Below, in pieces: positions 9,830-22,490 of a stretch of DNA of 64,000 bases. The position numbers and the translations under genes are program-made. Where the stretch lies: positions 135,284,001 to 135,348,000 of the forward strand of contig NC_059427.1 in NCBI RefSeq assembly GCF_021028975.2. Direction: 5' to 3'. This DNA is from Sphaerodactylus townsendi (Eukaryota). Positions within the stretch are counted from its first letter, which is position 1. The number at the start of each line of letters is the position of its first letter. The notes under the pieces were generated by a model, which was not told where the DNA came from, ran no database searches, and saw only the letters and a program-made list of their open reading frames with translations.

Positions 9830-12800
9830 TTTTTGTAGGTATCTTGAGAACAATCCTCCTTTACAGGCAATTATTTCCTTCTCCCCTGGCTTTTTCAGAG
9901 TACTTTACCTGACATAATGAATTATAAGTACAGAAAGTCTTTCGCTAAGTGCTGCATAGATATTCTACTGCTTGCAGTTTCAGAAGGCTTGCTCCACTCT
10001 GAGTCATTAGCTACTTTGATTGTGGTTTTATTTTGAGATATTTTAAATGATCATTATGTATTTTGATTTTTCCTGTGAACATGTGGAAATGTCTAGCTTT
10101 TATTTTGATGGAGTCACAGTTGCTATGACTTACTCACTGATGCAATAAAGGAAACAGACTGACTGTTTAAGTAAAATCAAAAATAAACTGTATGTAGACT
10201 GCTCCTGTGAGGAAATATCCAAGACAAAAAGGTACACTCCAGGGAGCTGAATGTCACTATATCAACAAAGAAAACTGGTTTCAAAGAGTCCCGCAGGGGC
10301 TACCCGCCTCCCTGCAGACTGGTTCTTGCCCTCTCCAGACTCTGGGGAGGGCAGGAGCCAGCCTGCATGGAGGCTGGGGGGGGGGGAGGGGGGGTTTAGC
10401 AGCATGCGGCTTGGGCGCACACCATTTCATCACTTGGGGGAGCGCCCGGCACCCCCCCACATGACGAAATGGTGTGAGCCCGGGGACATGGGAGATCTGA
10501 GAGGCGATGATGAGTCAGATTTGTTGCTCTCCTAAGTCCAATTTCCAAAAAATAATCAGGGGCTAGGCCAATTGTGAGGTTCATTAACTACCCTCTCACT
10601 CCAAGAAGATTGCAAGTTGGCTAGCAGATATAAAGGAATAAGGCCTACAGGTTGAAGGTGGAGTTTCAACCAATGATAACCAGCCAAGCCCTAGCATCTT
10701 ATGTGCTATCTTCAGATGTATACTAACAAAGGGTCTTTCATTCATCAGTTTCTTAGGCTGGGATCAGAATATATCTTCATAGTGAAAAAGGAAGTGGGGA
10801 ATCATATTTGTTCTACAATCAACACACAGAAACAAAATATAGATTTGTAAGGAACTTCATAAGGAATTAAGAGGAGGAATAACCTCAGAATTCTTGTCAG
10901 AAATGGCTTTACCATGCATATCCAGGGGATAGTCTAGAAAAAAAAGAAACTACAGCTCGGGAGAGTCCCAGTCAGGTGGAAATTACAGGAATGAAAATCA
11001 GATTGGCTAAAATAGAGGCATAGAGAGCAGCTCAGGAACAAGAGCAGTTATCCAAGATTGAGGCAGAAAAGGAAAAAGCCAGAATCTCGGAATTGGAGGA
11101 GATATTAGCTACAAGGGGAGTGCCGAGGGAGGGTGCAGCTGTTGCACCAGACACCTTGCGCCTGAGAGAGGGCCAATCAGGTTTTGCCCAGGGCTCCAGT
11201 TTTCCTAGTTACGCCACTGGAGAAAACAAAAACAAAAAGATAAGATGACACAGCTGAAGAGAGAGAGGGGGAAGCTGCGAGAGGGAAAAAAAGAAATCTA
11301 TGTGATAAGGATAAAGGAAATGGTGTGGAGGGCAGAATAACCACTTCCACCAAGAAGCAGAGAAAATTCAATGGAACAAAGAACTTTCCCCCAATGTAAA
11401 AAAGAGGTGGTATGGAGACATTATTTAATTAGCTTTGAATAACCTTGAGGAAACTTTGGGAGCCAGAGGAGGAAAAAATTATATATTTGCATCCACAGGT
11501 TTGTGGAGAACTGAACAAAGTGTACTCAGAAGTGGGAGATGAAGAAACTGAAACTGTATTACTTTTCAAGGAAAGCGAGAGAGTGGGTAATGAACTCATG
11601 GCAGAACAAAATTGGAAAGCTTTTAGAATTTTTTTTACAAAACAGGGAAATGCGTCTAGAGTGTTGATAATCAGAGCCTTGACCAAATGGGTTGAAGGAA
11701 GCGAAGTGACATTTGAAGAGCTAAAGCAATTCAATTGGTCTGAAGCAGTTTTATAGAAAAGTCCCCTCAAGTTAAAGATGGTACACTAGAGACAGAAAAA
11801 TTAAAAACTGCAGATGAAGCTGCCATTTTATTAGTTAGATAGAAGGGAACTTTGAAGGATCTCTTTTCCAGCCCATCATAAAGAAAAATAAAGTTTGGGG
11901 CCCCTCAGAGAAAACTGAGCCAAGCTCAGAAGCCAGGGTAATTCATGTGGTGATCCAGAGTAGACCTCAAATTCAGGCTTCAGAACTGCATACTAGGCCG
12001 CTTGTTAGCTGAATGGCATAATAAGGATTTGGTCCGTTCAACAAACTCACAGAATCCCTTTCCAGAGGACTAAAAATCCCAGGTGTTTCCATAGCCCAAG
12101 TTGAGAAATGCTGCTCTGTGTTATGTTGTGCTTTACTACAAAGGAATTGTTGCGAGAGATAAGTCTCTCAGTACCGAGACTCCCTTATAAGAGGCAAAAG
12201 GGAAAATAACATCGGGCTTGGAGCAGGTGTTGGGAAAGAATGCTGGCGTTATATGCAAGCTTGGAGACTGCTTCACTCACTTATTTGTTTATTTGATCAT
12301 CCTATCTTCTGGATTGCAGCAAAGGACCTTGCAAGCCTTAAGGTTCTGAGTTGCTTACAACCTGACTTATACAAGCCTACAGATAAACACTATACTCATT
12401 ACTTGTGAAAGAACTAATTGGGGGTGAAGCTGATTTATTTATTTATTTGCATACTAGGCCAGAAGCTAGATTGGTTGCTGTGGAAACAGAAAGCAGTCCC
12501 TGTCAGAACCAAGCGTGAATGAACCTGAAACCTTAATGCAGAATATTCCTGCTGTACAATTCCTAACTCAACGGAAGCAAGATGATTGTTTAAAGGAGTT
12601 GTGGCAACAAACTGAGAACTCTTCCCAAGAGGTAACAGCAAAGAATCCTTGTTTGTTTATAGTCATGGACCAGGGTATAAAGTATTCATGAGGCAAAAAT
12701 GTGCCACTATGTGAGAGTTGCATAACTGGTTGCCCCAAGGATATACAGATAGGAGCTTTGAAATCTTGCCCATGATGAAAATGAACTAACAAGTTGAAGA

Positions 12801-13369
12801 AAGATAATCAAGGATGATATGGCAAGTAAAGTGAACTTAGCACCAACATTTACAAGGGAACAATGGCAAGTTAAAGCAGTCTTAATGGAATATCAGTCCA
12901 TCTTTTACAGCTTCCTAGGGAGCATTCAACTGGCTCTGCACAAGTTAATTCTGGAGATACTAGGCCTATTGATCTTCCTCCATACAGAGTAACTGGTCCC
13001 AAAGCCACCCACCAGTATTGAAAAACAAGTTATAAGATATGCTGAACCTCAGGGTCACTGTGCCCTGAGAAAGCCCTTGAGCCTCCCACATGATTTTAGT
13101 TCTCATACTCAATCAGATAGTAAGACTTTATGTGGACTGTAGGAAGCTGAATAAGGTGATGGTCCCTGATGTGTATGCTATCCCCAGAATGGACAAACTG
13201 ATTGAACTAATAATAATAATAACAACAGCAGCAGCAGCAACAATGATGATAATAATGATAATAATTATTTAATTGCATTCATCATTTTAGCCACTAAAGA
13301 ACACACATACAATTAAAGTAAGAATTAAATACAATTAAAGTCAGAATTGAAAAATCAACAACTGATTCA

Positions 13370-13860
13370 AAATGTAGACTATGCAAAGCTGTAGAGGAAA
13401 CACTGGATCGCATACTAAGCTTGTGCAAGAAGATCAAACCAACTGATTGTAAACGTCATAGCACAATTGCTAAAATGATTCACTGGAACATCTGTAAAAA
13501 TATTTGCCAACAGAAAAAAAATGGTGGTAAAACAGTGTTGAAAAAATAGGTGAAAAGGAGCAGGTCAAAATATTGTGGGACATCCAAATATACCAGAAAT
13601 AACAGTGATTGAAAAGGGGGGGGGGGGCTGTAGATAATTGATGTAGCAATAGCTGGTGAAGAAAAAGAACTGGAAAAGAGGACAAAATACCAAAATCTGA
13701 AAATGGAAGTCGAGAGATTATGGCACCAAACAGCAGTTGTGCTCCCAGAGATTACCAGTACACTGGGAGCCATGCCAAAAAACCTTGGATGGCACTTGAA
13801 CCATCTACATATTGATAACATCTCTATCTCCTGGGCTTTGGTACCTAATTTGGTTTCCAC
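13370..13860 (+). mobile_element. R4/Dong-clade LINE C-terminal fragment (CCHC knuckle and restriction-like endonuclease) nested in the Gypsy RT
   Basis: Translated pieces EETLDRILSLCKKI, RHSTIAKMIHWNICK, VKILWDIQI, IIDVAI, EKELEKRTKYQNLKMEVERLW. Confidence 0.8.
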
Positions 13861-13889
13861 TTTAGAACTGACAAAAGGGTATTGGTAGG

Positions 13890-14427
13890 TGGCCATAAGT
13901 CTTACCAAGAAATCTGATGAGGAAAAGCAGCCATGAAGTCTTCTTAAGTGTAAGGATGTATCACTGGCAACCAATATCAAATTAATCCATGCCACATTAT
14001 TCTCTATTACTATGTATGGGTGTGAAAGCTGGACAATAAAGACAACTGACAGGAAGAAAGTGAATTCCTTTAAAATGTCATATTAGAATAGAGTGTTACA
14101 GATATCATGGACTGCCAAAAAAAAGTGGGTTCTAGATCAAATCAAGCTTGATCTATCCCTAGAAGCTAAATTGAATAAACTGAGGCTATTGTACTTTGGT
14201 CACATAATGAGAAGACAAGAATCACTGGAAAAGACAATAGGGCTAGGAAAGGTTGAAGGCAGCAGAAAAAAGAGGAAGACCCAACTTGAGATTGATGGAC
14301 TCTAAAGGAAGCCATGGTCCTCAGTTTGCAAGACCTGAGCATGGCTGTTGATGATAGCATGTTTTGGAGGACACTGATTCATAGGGTCACCATAAGTCAG
14401 AAGTGACTTGACAGCACTAAACACACA
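13890..14427 (+). mobile_element. RTE/BovB-like LINE 3' fragment
   Basis: MYGCESWTIK...LRLLYFGHIMRRQESLEKTI.LGKVEGSRK, ending CATAGGGTCACCATAAGTCAGAAGTGACTTGACAGCACT with a (CA)-like tail. Confidence 0.88.
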
Positions 14428-15299
14428 TTTGGAACCAGAGATGGGCTCTTTGAGTTCACGATTTTAGCTTTTGAATTCAGGAATGTTTCAATCACATTCC
14501 AAAGGCTAATAGCTGAACTACTCATTGTTTTAAAAAGACTGTGTACTTGCTTATATGAATGACATCACAAAGTTAGCAAAACTGGAAAGAATATCTACAG
14601 AATCTGACAATAATGTTCTGTCGAATAAGGGAGGCTGGTTTAACAGTGAAAGTCACCAAATATAGTTAAATGAAATTTCCCACTTTTCTGTTAAATTTCC
14701 CTCTTTCCACCTGCTAGATTTAAAACTAAAACTTTCCTAACAGTCTGACTTGGTCATTCCCTGTAAGAGTTTACATGTTGTGAATTAACATGTGTTGTGC
14801 CATCTTCCCATGTGTTGTGCCATCTTCAGACATACATCAATGAAGGGGTTTTTTTTTCAATTTCTTAGCTTTCTAGGATGGGTTAGAATAAATCTATACA
14901 CACTTGTGGAGGGCTACAAAGAAACAAAGAAGAAGAAAAAGGAGTTAAGTGGTTAAGTGAAAAAGAAAGTGGGGAATTGTCATACCCTGTTTTAACAAGA
15001 GACTTCAAAAGTTGGGTAGATTGTTTTTAAGTTCAGGAATGAGTTTTAAGTCAGGAATTCTACTGATTCCTGGAATCTACTGATTTATGAACAGCAGAGA
15101 CTTCCAGATATGACCATTACAATGACAGGTTTATAAGGTTTGTTGTGACTACTAGTATTATTGGAGATGAGCCAGAAAGTACTCTGATCTGATGTTTTAA
15201 GGAGAATTAAAGTTAATTTGATAGGAGAATAGGCTGAAAAATTGCAGTTTTAGCCTGAACCATCCCTTCCTATGCTTGTTTGTGTTTGTGCAGTCCACT

Positions 15300-15495
15300 A
15301 AGTGGTACCTGACATATGGAGATCCTGTTAGGTCTTTCAGGCAAGAGATTAACAGAGGTGATTTGCCATTGCATACTGCTGAATAGCAATCTTGGAACTC
15401 CCTGGTGGTCTTCCATCCAAATATTAAGCAGGACCAGCCCTGCTTAGCAGCCAAGATCTGACAAGATCAAACTAGCCTGGGCCATCTACGTCAAG
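15300..15495 (-). mobile_element. 5S rRNA-derived SINE
   Basis: CCATCCAAATATTAAGCAGGACCAGCCCTGCTTAGC...AGATCTGACAAGATCAAACTAGCCTGGGCC is the reverse of a 5S-like head. Confidence 0.75.
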
Positions 15496-15700
15496 CTTCC
15501 TGTGCTTCAGAACTACTATAAACGACACTAATGTGATGTTTATCAACCACCAGAGTATGTCAGCACTTTGAAGCATCCAACAGCTGTCAACTGACTAAAA
15601 AAGTATTTCCAGTTTCTTTGGTGTCACTTCTGACTGGTTTGACGCCTGCTGTGGTCTCACCTCTAACTTTTTGTTTGTTGTATTTTTTATTCTCTAGCTA

Positions 15701-15934
15701 CCCTGTTTCCCAGAAAATAAGCCCTAGCATGATTTTTTTGGATTTTTGGAGGACGACTGAACTATAAGCCCTACTAAAAAATAAGCCCTAGTTACAGATT
15801 CCCTGACGCAGCTGATCTGGGGGGGGGGGGGCAAAATCATGGAAAAAACAAGACATCCCCTGAAAATAAGCCCTAATGCATCTTTTGGAGCAAAAATTAA
15901 TATAAGACTCTGTCTTATTTTCGGGGAAACACGT
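15701..15934. mobile_element. Tc1/mariner-superfamily MITE
   Basis: TIRs CCCTGTTTCCCAGAAAATAAG / CTTATTTTCGGGGAAACACGT, TA flanks, and an internal repeated AAAATAAGCCCTA. Confidence 0.8.
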
Positions 15935-16767
15935 TATTTTCTCAGAAACATCCTTCTGGCTTTCAGGCCAGCTAAAGCCTCACTTTTATGAAGACTCAGA
16001 CTAGTTCTAAAGAGTATTTAATCCACGGGATGAACAACCGTTTAAACGAAAAAAACAGTTATCCAAAATTGTAATCCTGGCCACCAGCATCGACGATCTT
16101 ATTTTTGAAGTAAGTATCACTCTGCTAGAATGAGTTTTGTATTTCAAGTAAACAGACAGTGGGGGGCTGTCATTCCAGTCCGAGAATTACACAGTCAGTT
16201 TAAAGTATCTGAACAGGTTCATTTGTGCCAGTTATAACTTATGTGAGTGAATCATGCCATTTTTATGTGAAAAACCATGTATTTGTAACAGAAGAGGAGC
16301 CATGATCTCATAAAGCCCCTTTTCTACTGTTATGCAACTCACATGACAAAGCCATGTATTATCTTTTATTTACCTCGTTTGAGCACAAGAACAAATAAGG
16401 GAAGTAATTAATTCTAAGAATAAAACAGCTGAAACTTAACAGCCATACCATCAGGTCTGTACTGAATACAGACTTTACCAATACAAATAAATCATAATTC
16501 GCTTTTATTTTATGCCAGGATTTAAATAATGTTTTAACTTTCAGGGTTTTTTTGCAGCTTCCTTAATGTTAAGAAGCTCTACTCCTAAACCCTATCTGAG
16601 CTGAAATATTTCCATAAACATTTTAGTTACATATAGTTAGAGTTAGTAAATATTAAAATTTAGGATATAGCTGATACTCACACTCAATTACATGATTTTC
16701 TTGTCTGCTACCAGCAGTGGACTCCTGTTTGTTCAGCTAATCTGAGTTACTGAAGTATTAATATACT

Positions 16768-17617
16768 CATAGAATCACTGAGTCGGAAGACACCACAAGG
16801 GTCATCAAGTCCAACCCCCTGCCGTGCAGGAAAACACAATCAAAGCACTCTTGACAGATGACCATGCAGCCACACTCGGAGGCAGAGTATTCCAATCAAA
16901 CAGCCCTTACCGTCAGGAAATTCTTCCTAATGTTTAGCTGGAATCTCTTTTCCTGTACCTTGAATCCATTACTCCTTGTTCTAGGCTCAGGAGCAGCAGG
17001 AAACAAGCTTGCTCCCTCTTCAACATGACATCCCTTCAAATATTTAAACATGGCTATCATGCCATCCCTTAACTTTCTCTTCTCCAGACTAAACATACCC
17101 AGCTCCATAATTCTTTCCTCATAGGGCATGGATTCCAGACCTTTTACCATTTTGCTTGCCCTCCTCTGGACCCAGCTTATCAATATCCTTCTTGCATTGC
17201 GGTATCCAGAAGTGGACACAGTATTCCAGGTGAGATCCGACCAATGCAGATTAGAGAGGTACTATTACATCCCTCGATCTAAACACTATACTCCTATTGA
17301 TGCAGTCCAGAATTGCATTGGCTTTCTTGGCTGCTGCATCTGTACTGCTGACTCATGTTCAGTATGTGGTCTACTAAGACTCCCAGATCCCGTTCACATA
17401 TACTGTTGTCAAGCCAGGTGTCACCCATCCTATTCCTGAGAATTTCATTTTTTTCTGCCTAAGTGTAGTATCTTACATTTATCTCTGCTGAAATTCATTT
17501 TGTTAGTTTTGACCGAGCTCTCCAGTCTATACAGGTCATTGTGAATTCTGACCCTGTCCTCTGGGGTATTAGCTACCCCTCCTAATTTTGGGATCATCTG
17601 CAGATTTGATTGGCACA
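16768..17617 (-). mobile_element. CR1 LINE, 5'-truncated
   Basis: ORF2 end [32 protein letters not shown]...FLTVRAV, and CR1 3' terminus with ATTCTATG at 16768. Confidence 0.92.
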
Positions 17618-18049
17618 TTGTTCAGGGGTAACTGAACCATTCATATTTGCAAAAGAGTCATTCTAGCTTTGGCTCTTCTAAATGAAACCCTCTTTGGATT
17701 TATTCTCATCAAAGCACTGCATCATCCACAACAACGCTGTTATCTCATAATCAGTGATGCTACAGTAATGGATATTTGTTACTTAAGCATTTTATTTAGC
17801 AACAGATATTACTCATGGGTTGGATTTGTTTTGATAGCTTCTTCCTTTAACCCACTCGGGGTGTAGTTTTAATCATCAGTAGAATTGCCATGATGCCAAT
17901 TTCACACCTAATTTAACATGCAGCACAAGGAAGTCCTGGAAGGTCTTGGTCTACAGGAAAGGAAACTACCTGCGCACACAGCTGGTCGACCCATTACACA
18001 CAGTGATACACACACATAAATATCTTTACCTCCAGCAACACATGCTACA

Positions 18050-18900
18050 TTATTGTGTGCGAACAGGCAAAAAAATGGACACCCAGGCCGGCTCGCTTCC
18101 GAACTACTGACAGCTCCAGCCAAATCCACCTGCAGCCAAGCATCCTCCAGCAGCTTCGGCCTGTCTGCACAAACAGCGGCTGCGGAAGTCGCTCCGGAGA
18201 TGCCACCCCGACCCAGCCGTGGCTTGCCCATCCTCCAGGGAGGCGCCACCCGGCCCCCCGGGTTGTCTTCGAAACGAAGCAACTCTGCCGCGACCCCCGA
18301 GGGATGCCTGGTGGGGGCTCCTTTGGAGCGGACGCGCCACCCCCCCTCCCGCCTTCTGCCCCATCGCTGCCGCCTCCTCTTTCCTTCCTCCCCGCGACCT
18401 GGATTTCTCCTCCTTTTTCCGGCAGCCTTTCCCTGCCGCATCCTTGCCCCTTCTCTCTATCCGCGCCCGCGGCACTGCAGACTCGAACTTCGTTCCCAGA
18501 GGTGGGGAGAAAAAATCCATAGTCGCAAGATCCCTACCAGAGACGACAGCGGCGATTTCAGGCGAAGCTCCTGCTCCCCTCCCAAGAAGCCTGGCCTGGA
18601 GACCGAGCTTGCTAGCGCCGCCCGCCTATTGAGGGGAGGGGGAGCAAGAGCGCCTACCTTGGAGACACAAAGCAGGCCCCACAACCGCCCTGGAGGAGCA
18701 GCAGCTGCCACCGCCGCCGCCGGCTCTCTGCTTCTCGTCTTGCGCGGGCCTCTGCAGGACCCAGGGAACGACACTTGTGTCAGGAGCAAAGTTTCCACTT
18801 CCCCCGCGCAGTAGAGCCGTCCATCAGCCCTACCCGCTGCAAAAAGCCCTGTCGGCGAGCCCGGCAAAGTGAACCACAGCGTTACGTGAGAAAAGGTTTG
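18050..18900 (-). promoter_or_regulatory. ABCA5: CpG island; probable ABCA5 promoter and non-coding exon 1, with candidate donor CAAG|gtaggc (exon end 18658)
   Basis: GC- and CpG-rich, non-repetitive-looking stretch about 10 kb upstream of the ATG exon, which has its own splice acceptor and so needs an upstream exon. Good minus-strand donor. Exact TSS cannot be determined. Confidence 0.7.
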
Positions 18901-19032
18901 GGTATCCTTGAAAACGTCCACGGAACTTTCTCACAGAAGCAAGGACAGGAGTGATCATGGTTAAACTGCCTACTAAAACAAATGATAGGAATACCTATTT
19001 GGAACAATGGAAGATGTCTGAAGACTCACTGA

Positions 19033-19170
19033 GGCCCCTTCTGCACATGCAGAGCAGTGCACTTTCAATCCACTTTCAATGCATTTTTAAGCTGGATTTT
19101 ACAGTGGGGAATAGCAATTTCAAACAATTGTGAAAGTGGATTGAATGTGCATTATTCTGCATGGGGACTG
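19033..19170. mobile_element. Harbinger-like palindromic MITE just upstream of the ABCA5 CpG island
   Basis: GGCCCCTTCTGCACATGCAGA...TGCATTATTCTGCATG. Same family as 38514-38653 in the opposite internal orientation; right end degraded. Confidence 0.75.
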
Positions 19171-19380
19171 AGTGTAATGAAGGTCGGGAATAACTGACTC
19201 CACTTGGAGGAGGGGGGGGTATTGTTCCAGTTCCAGAACATGCACTCACATATATGGTATGATCAAAATAAAAAAAAGAAGATTTAAGAAATTTTCAAAG
19301 TACAAGAATATTAAACCGATACAATCCGTGGAATGCAGCTGATAAAAATATAGCCCAGAATAAAAGGTGATCTGATTAGG

Positions 19381-19652
19381 AGCAGCAGTGGCGTAGTGGT
19401 TAAGAGCAGGTGCATTCTTATCTGGAGGAACCGGGTTTGATTCCCTGCTCTGCTGCCTGGGGAATTCAGATTAGCCTGTGCACTCCCACACATGCCAGCT
19501 GGGTGACCTTGGGCTAGTCACAGCTTTTCGGAGCTCTCTCAGCCCCACCCACCTCCCAGGGTGTTTGTTGTGTGGGGGGAAGGGCAAGGAGATTGTAAGC
19601 CCCTTTGAGTCTCCTACAGGAGGGAAAAGGGGGATATAAATCCAAACTCTTC
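19381..19652 (+). mobile_element. tRNA-derived squamate SINE (Squam3-like)
   Basis: A-box GTGGCGTAGTGG, B-box-like GGTTTGATTCC, and tail GGGGATATAAATCCAAACTCTTC. Confidence 0.88.
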
Positions 19653-19871
19653 CTTTTCATACTCCTTTTCACCCTTCCACAACAAGCTCAAAGGTGTTGA
19701 GGGGAACAATGCAAGCTATGCCATGAATCCTGTAGCAGGAAGGGTGAATCAGCTGTGACTGTCCTTCTTCTCACCTACTGTTTGTGCATATCCTTAGCAA
19801 TGTTCCAGAACAAATGGCTCTTTTTCTGGTAAGATGCAGTGTGGAAGATATGAATTTAATCCATCATCACA

Positions 19872-19924
19872 CCAAGTCAAATAGTGCTAGATGTTCCAAG
19901 TCAAATAGTGCTAGATGTTCCAAG
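19872..19924 (+). repeat. 24-bp tandem duplication CCAAGTCAAATAGTGCTAGATGTT, two copies
   Basis: Read directly from the sequence. Confidence 0.9.
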
Positions 19925-21624
19925 CATACCAAGTTGCTTTGGAGAGGAAAACATCTTTTGATTATTCAAGATCCATGCTCGTAAAAATAATGTGCAGCAG
20001 CTAAGCACTAAATCCTAGCTTCAGAAGTCTCACAGTAAATGTTGCTTTCCAATAATGGAAGCTATTAGATTCCAGTCCCAGTCACTAGCTGGAAAAAAAG
20101 CACACTTTCAGGTTTCAAAATGTGCTTCACACTCTCACAGTCTAAACACAGTCTGTCCTGCACAGATCTCATTCAGTTCAAGGGGTGTTCAAAAGAACAA
20201 TTCCAGGGGAATGTGCCCCAAATCATGTATAGTTATTTATCCTTCTGCTTTATTAAACGTGCACATTTGAAATTTTCAGAAGATTGGGGTCACAACCCAT
20301 CTGACATAGTCATGGCACACAGTTCTACATTTTAATGGTCTTTTACCCCTCCCCACCAGTGTGTGCCCTTGTGAGCCCCAAGGTCTCCTGGGAACTGTAG
20401 TTCCTCAGGCAGTTTTCCCCCTGAACTGTAACTAGGCCACTTTTTTCAGCCTCAAAAAGTACTACAAAAAGAAAAGGAACATAGGTAAGTGTGGGAAGGG
20501 GGTTGGTGTGTGTGTGTGTGTGTGTGCCGTGGGGGGGCGCCATGGAGGGCCAATCCAAACTCTTCTTCTCTTCTTAGATGTGTTGGGCCCCTGAAAGACC
20601 AGGAAGATTTTTTAAAGCTTCCTCAAACACAGCTGCCTTAACCTAATGCCAAAAAGATGGCAAATTTAGCACCAACTGCACCACAGCAGGAGGTTACTGC
20701 AAAGATGGGAGTCCACTGCCAAAAAGGCCCTCTCTCTAGTTGCCATCCTCCAAACCTTGGAAGAGGTTAGCACTTGAACAAAGACCCCAAGAAGCAGAGT
20801 GCAGAGTCTTAGTAAACTGTGACTGGGAGAGGCACCCCAACAGGTATTATGGTTCTAAACCATGCAGGGCTTTATAATATAAAACTAGCATATTTAATTG
20901 GAACCGGAAACATACAGGCATATTCCATTCTTAGGGTGGTCAGCCTGCAGGTGGTGGCTGGAGATCTCCTGGGTTCCCTGGGTGTCCTCCAGGTGACAAG
21001 AGATCACTTCACCTGGATAAAATGGCCACTTTGGAAGATGGACTCTACGGCATTATACTCTACTGAAGTCTCCCGTTCCCCTGATTCTGCCATCCTCAGG
21101 CTTCATCTCCAGATGTGTCCCAACATGGAGGGGGCAACCCTATCGTTCAATCCAATCTGTCATATCCCAAATACATAGTACCATTCATATGTAAAACTCA
21201 GGCATGGTCAGGGAGAAGATAATATATTGTTCGTTTTATGTATATGAGAAGAGGGGGATGTATTCTGACTGCATTGACTCATATTATATTAACTACAGCA
21301 GCCTGAGTAGCCCAGACTAGCCTGAGCTTGTCCATGATTGGCTGGACGTGGTTCATACTTGAATGGGGAAGAAGACCTGGCTTGTAGGAGAGAAAGGGGG
21401 GGGGATAAAAATCCAAACTCCTCCTCCTCCTCTTCTTCTTCTGAAGATGCAATTCAAGACAAATCATCTCTGTTCATCTCTTGCCTTGAATACCCTATGA
21501 GGGGACATGATAGGCATTGGCAACATGATAGGCTGGGTTTCATAACTTGGAGTAATGGCACAAAGAGATAAACGCTTTTCAGATAGAGGCAAACACACAA
21601 CACACATATGACTCAGCAAAGAGT

Positions 21625-21890
21625 CCTGTGGCACAGTGTGGTAAGCTGCAGTACTGCAGTCAAAGCTCTGCACATGACTAGATTTCAATCCCAATTAAAG
21701 TTGGTTTCAGGTAGCTTAAATATCAATTCAATTCAATTGAGTCCCAAGCTTGCTGGGGAATAAAATGCAGATGACTAGGGAAGGCAATGGCAAACCACCT
21801 CGTAAACAATCTGCCTAGTAAATGCTGTTATGTGACTTCACCCCATGGATCACTAATGGCCTGGTGATTGCACAGGGGATTACCCTTATT
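21625..21890 (+). mobile_element. Sauria SINE (Squam1-like)
   Basis: tRNA-like head TGTGGCACAGTGTGGTAAGCTGCAGTACTGCAG, BovB-derived GGAAGGCAATGGCAAACCAC, and 3' TGCACAGGGGATTACC. Confidence 0.8.
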
Positions 21891-22344
21891 TAGATGACTC
21901 TGCACTTTCTTCTGCCACACAGAGATGCCTTCCGAGGTTAAAACACTGTCACAAAGGAATTCCGAAAGCATCCCGTTCCCTGGCTGTAGATCAGGGTCTT
22001 CCAGTCTTCAACACCATTTCAAACAAATGTTTGGCAGGTCACACTTGAATCAGGAAGGAGAGCTTACCCAGAGAAGGGGAAAGGCTCCTGGAGGGAAACC
22101 AGACTTCTCACAACGTATGTAGTCAGATACAGGGCAACATCTACATTTTTTTGAAGGGAGCAAAAGTATCACATCATGCACCCCATATATTATATACATA
22201 TTTTTTCTTTATATGTGTGTATACAATCAATGTATATACCATAAACATATAATACCAAATCTTTTAAAAATACAATAAATTGTGTTAACCTGTATGAATT
22301 GTAAATGAATAACTACACTTTTACATTATCTTATCTATATATTG

Positions 22345-22490
22345 TGTGTAAAGTACCGTCAAGTCACAGCCAAATTATGACAACTCCAGCAAGGGGTCGT
22401 CAGGACAGGGGATTAAGGGGAGGTGCCTTCCTCTGCTCAGTTTTTCTTTGAAGTCTGACCCTGCTTAGCTTCTGAGATCTGATGAGATCT
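22345..22490 (-). mobile_element. 5S-derived SINE fragment
   Basis: TGACCCTGCTTAGCTTCTGAGATCTGATGAGATC together with the GTCAAGTCACAGC tail. Confidence 0.7.

Larger units (their letters stand above)
10900..14665 (+). mobile_element. Decayed Gypsy/Ty3 (Gmr1-like) LTR retrotransposon: gag/SCAN-like region about 11.3-11.8 kb, pol remnants 12.55-13.2 kb and 14.43-14.67 kb
   Basis: RT motifs RLYVDCRKLNKVMVPDVYAIPRMDKLIE (13.1-13.2 kb), FGTRDGLFEFTILAFEFRNVSITFQRL and CVLAYMNDI (YxDD-like, about 14.55 kb), and the RT N-terminal PIDLPPYR. Capsid/SCAN-like KWVEGSEVTFEELKQ. Many stops and frameshifts; boundaries approximate. Confidence 0.8.

Noticed and set aside
17908-18921. Several overlapping 130-250 aa ORFs on both strands
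   Set aside because: Low-complexity Pro/Arg/Ala/Gly frames expected from a stop-poor CpG island, with no recognisable domain.
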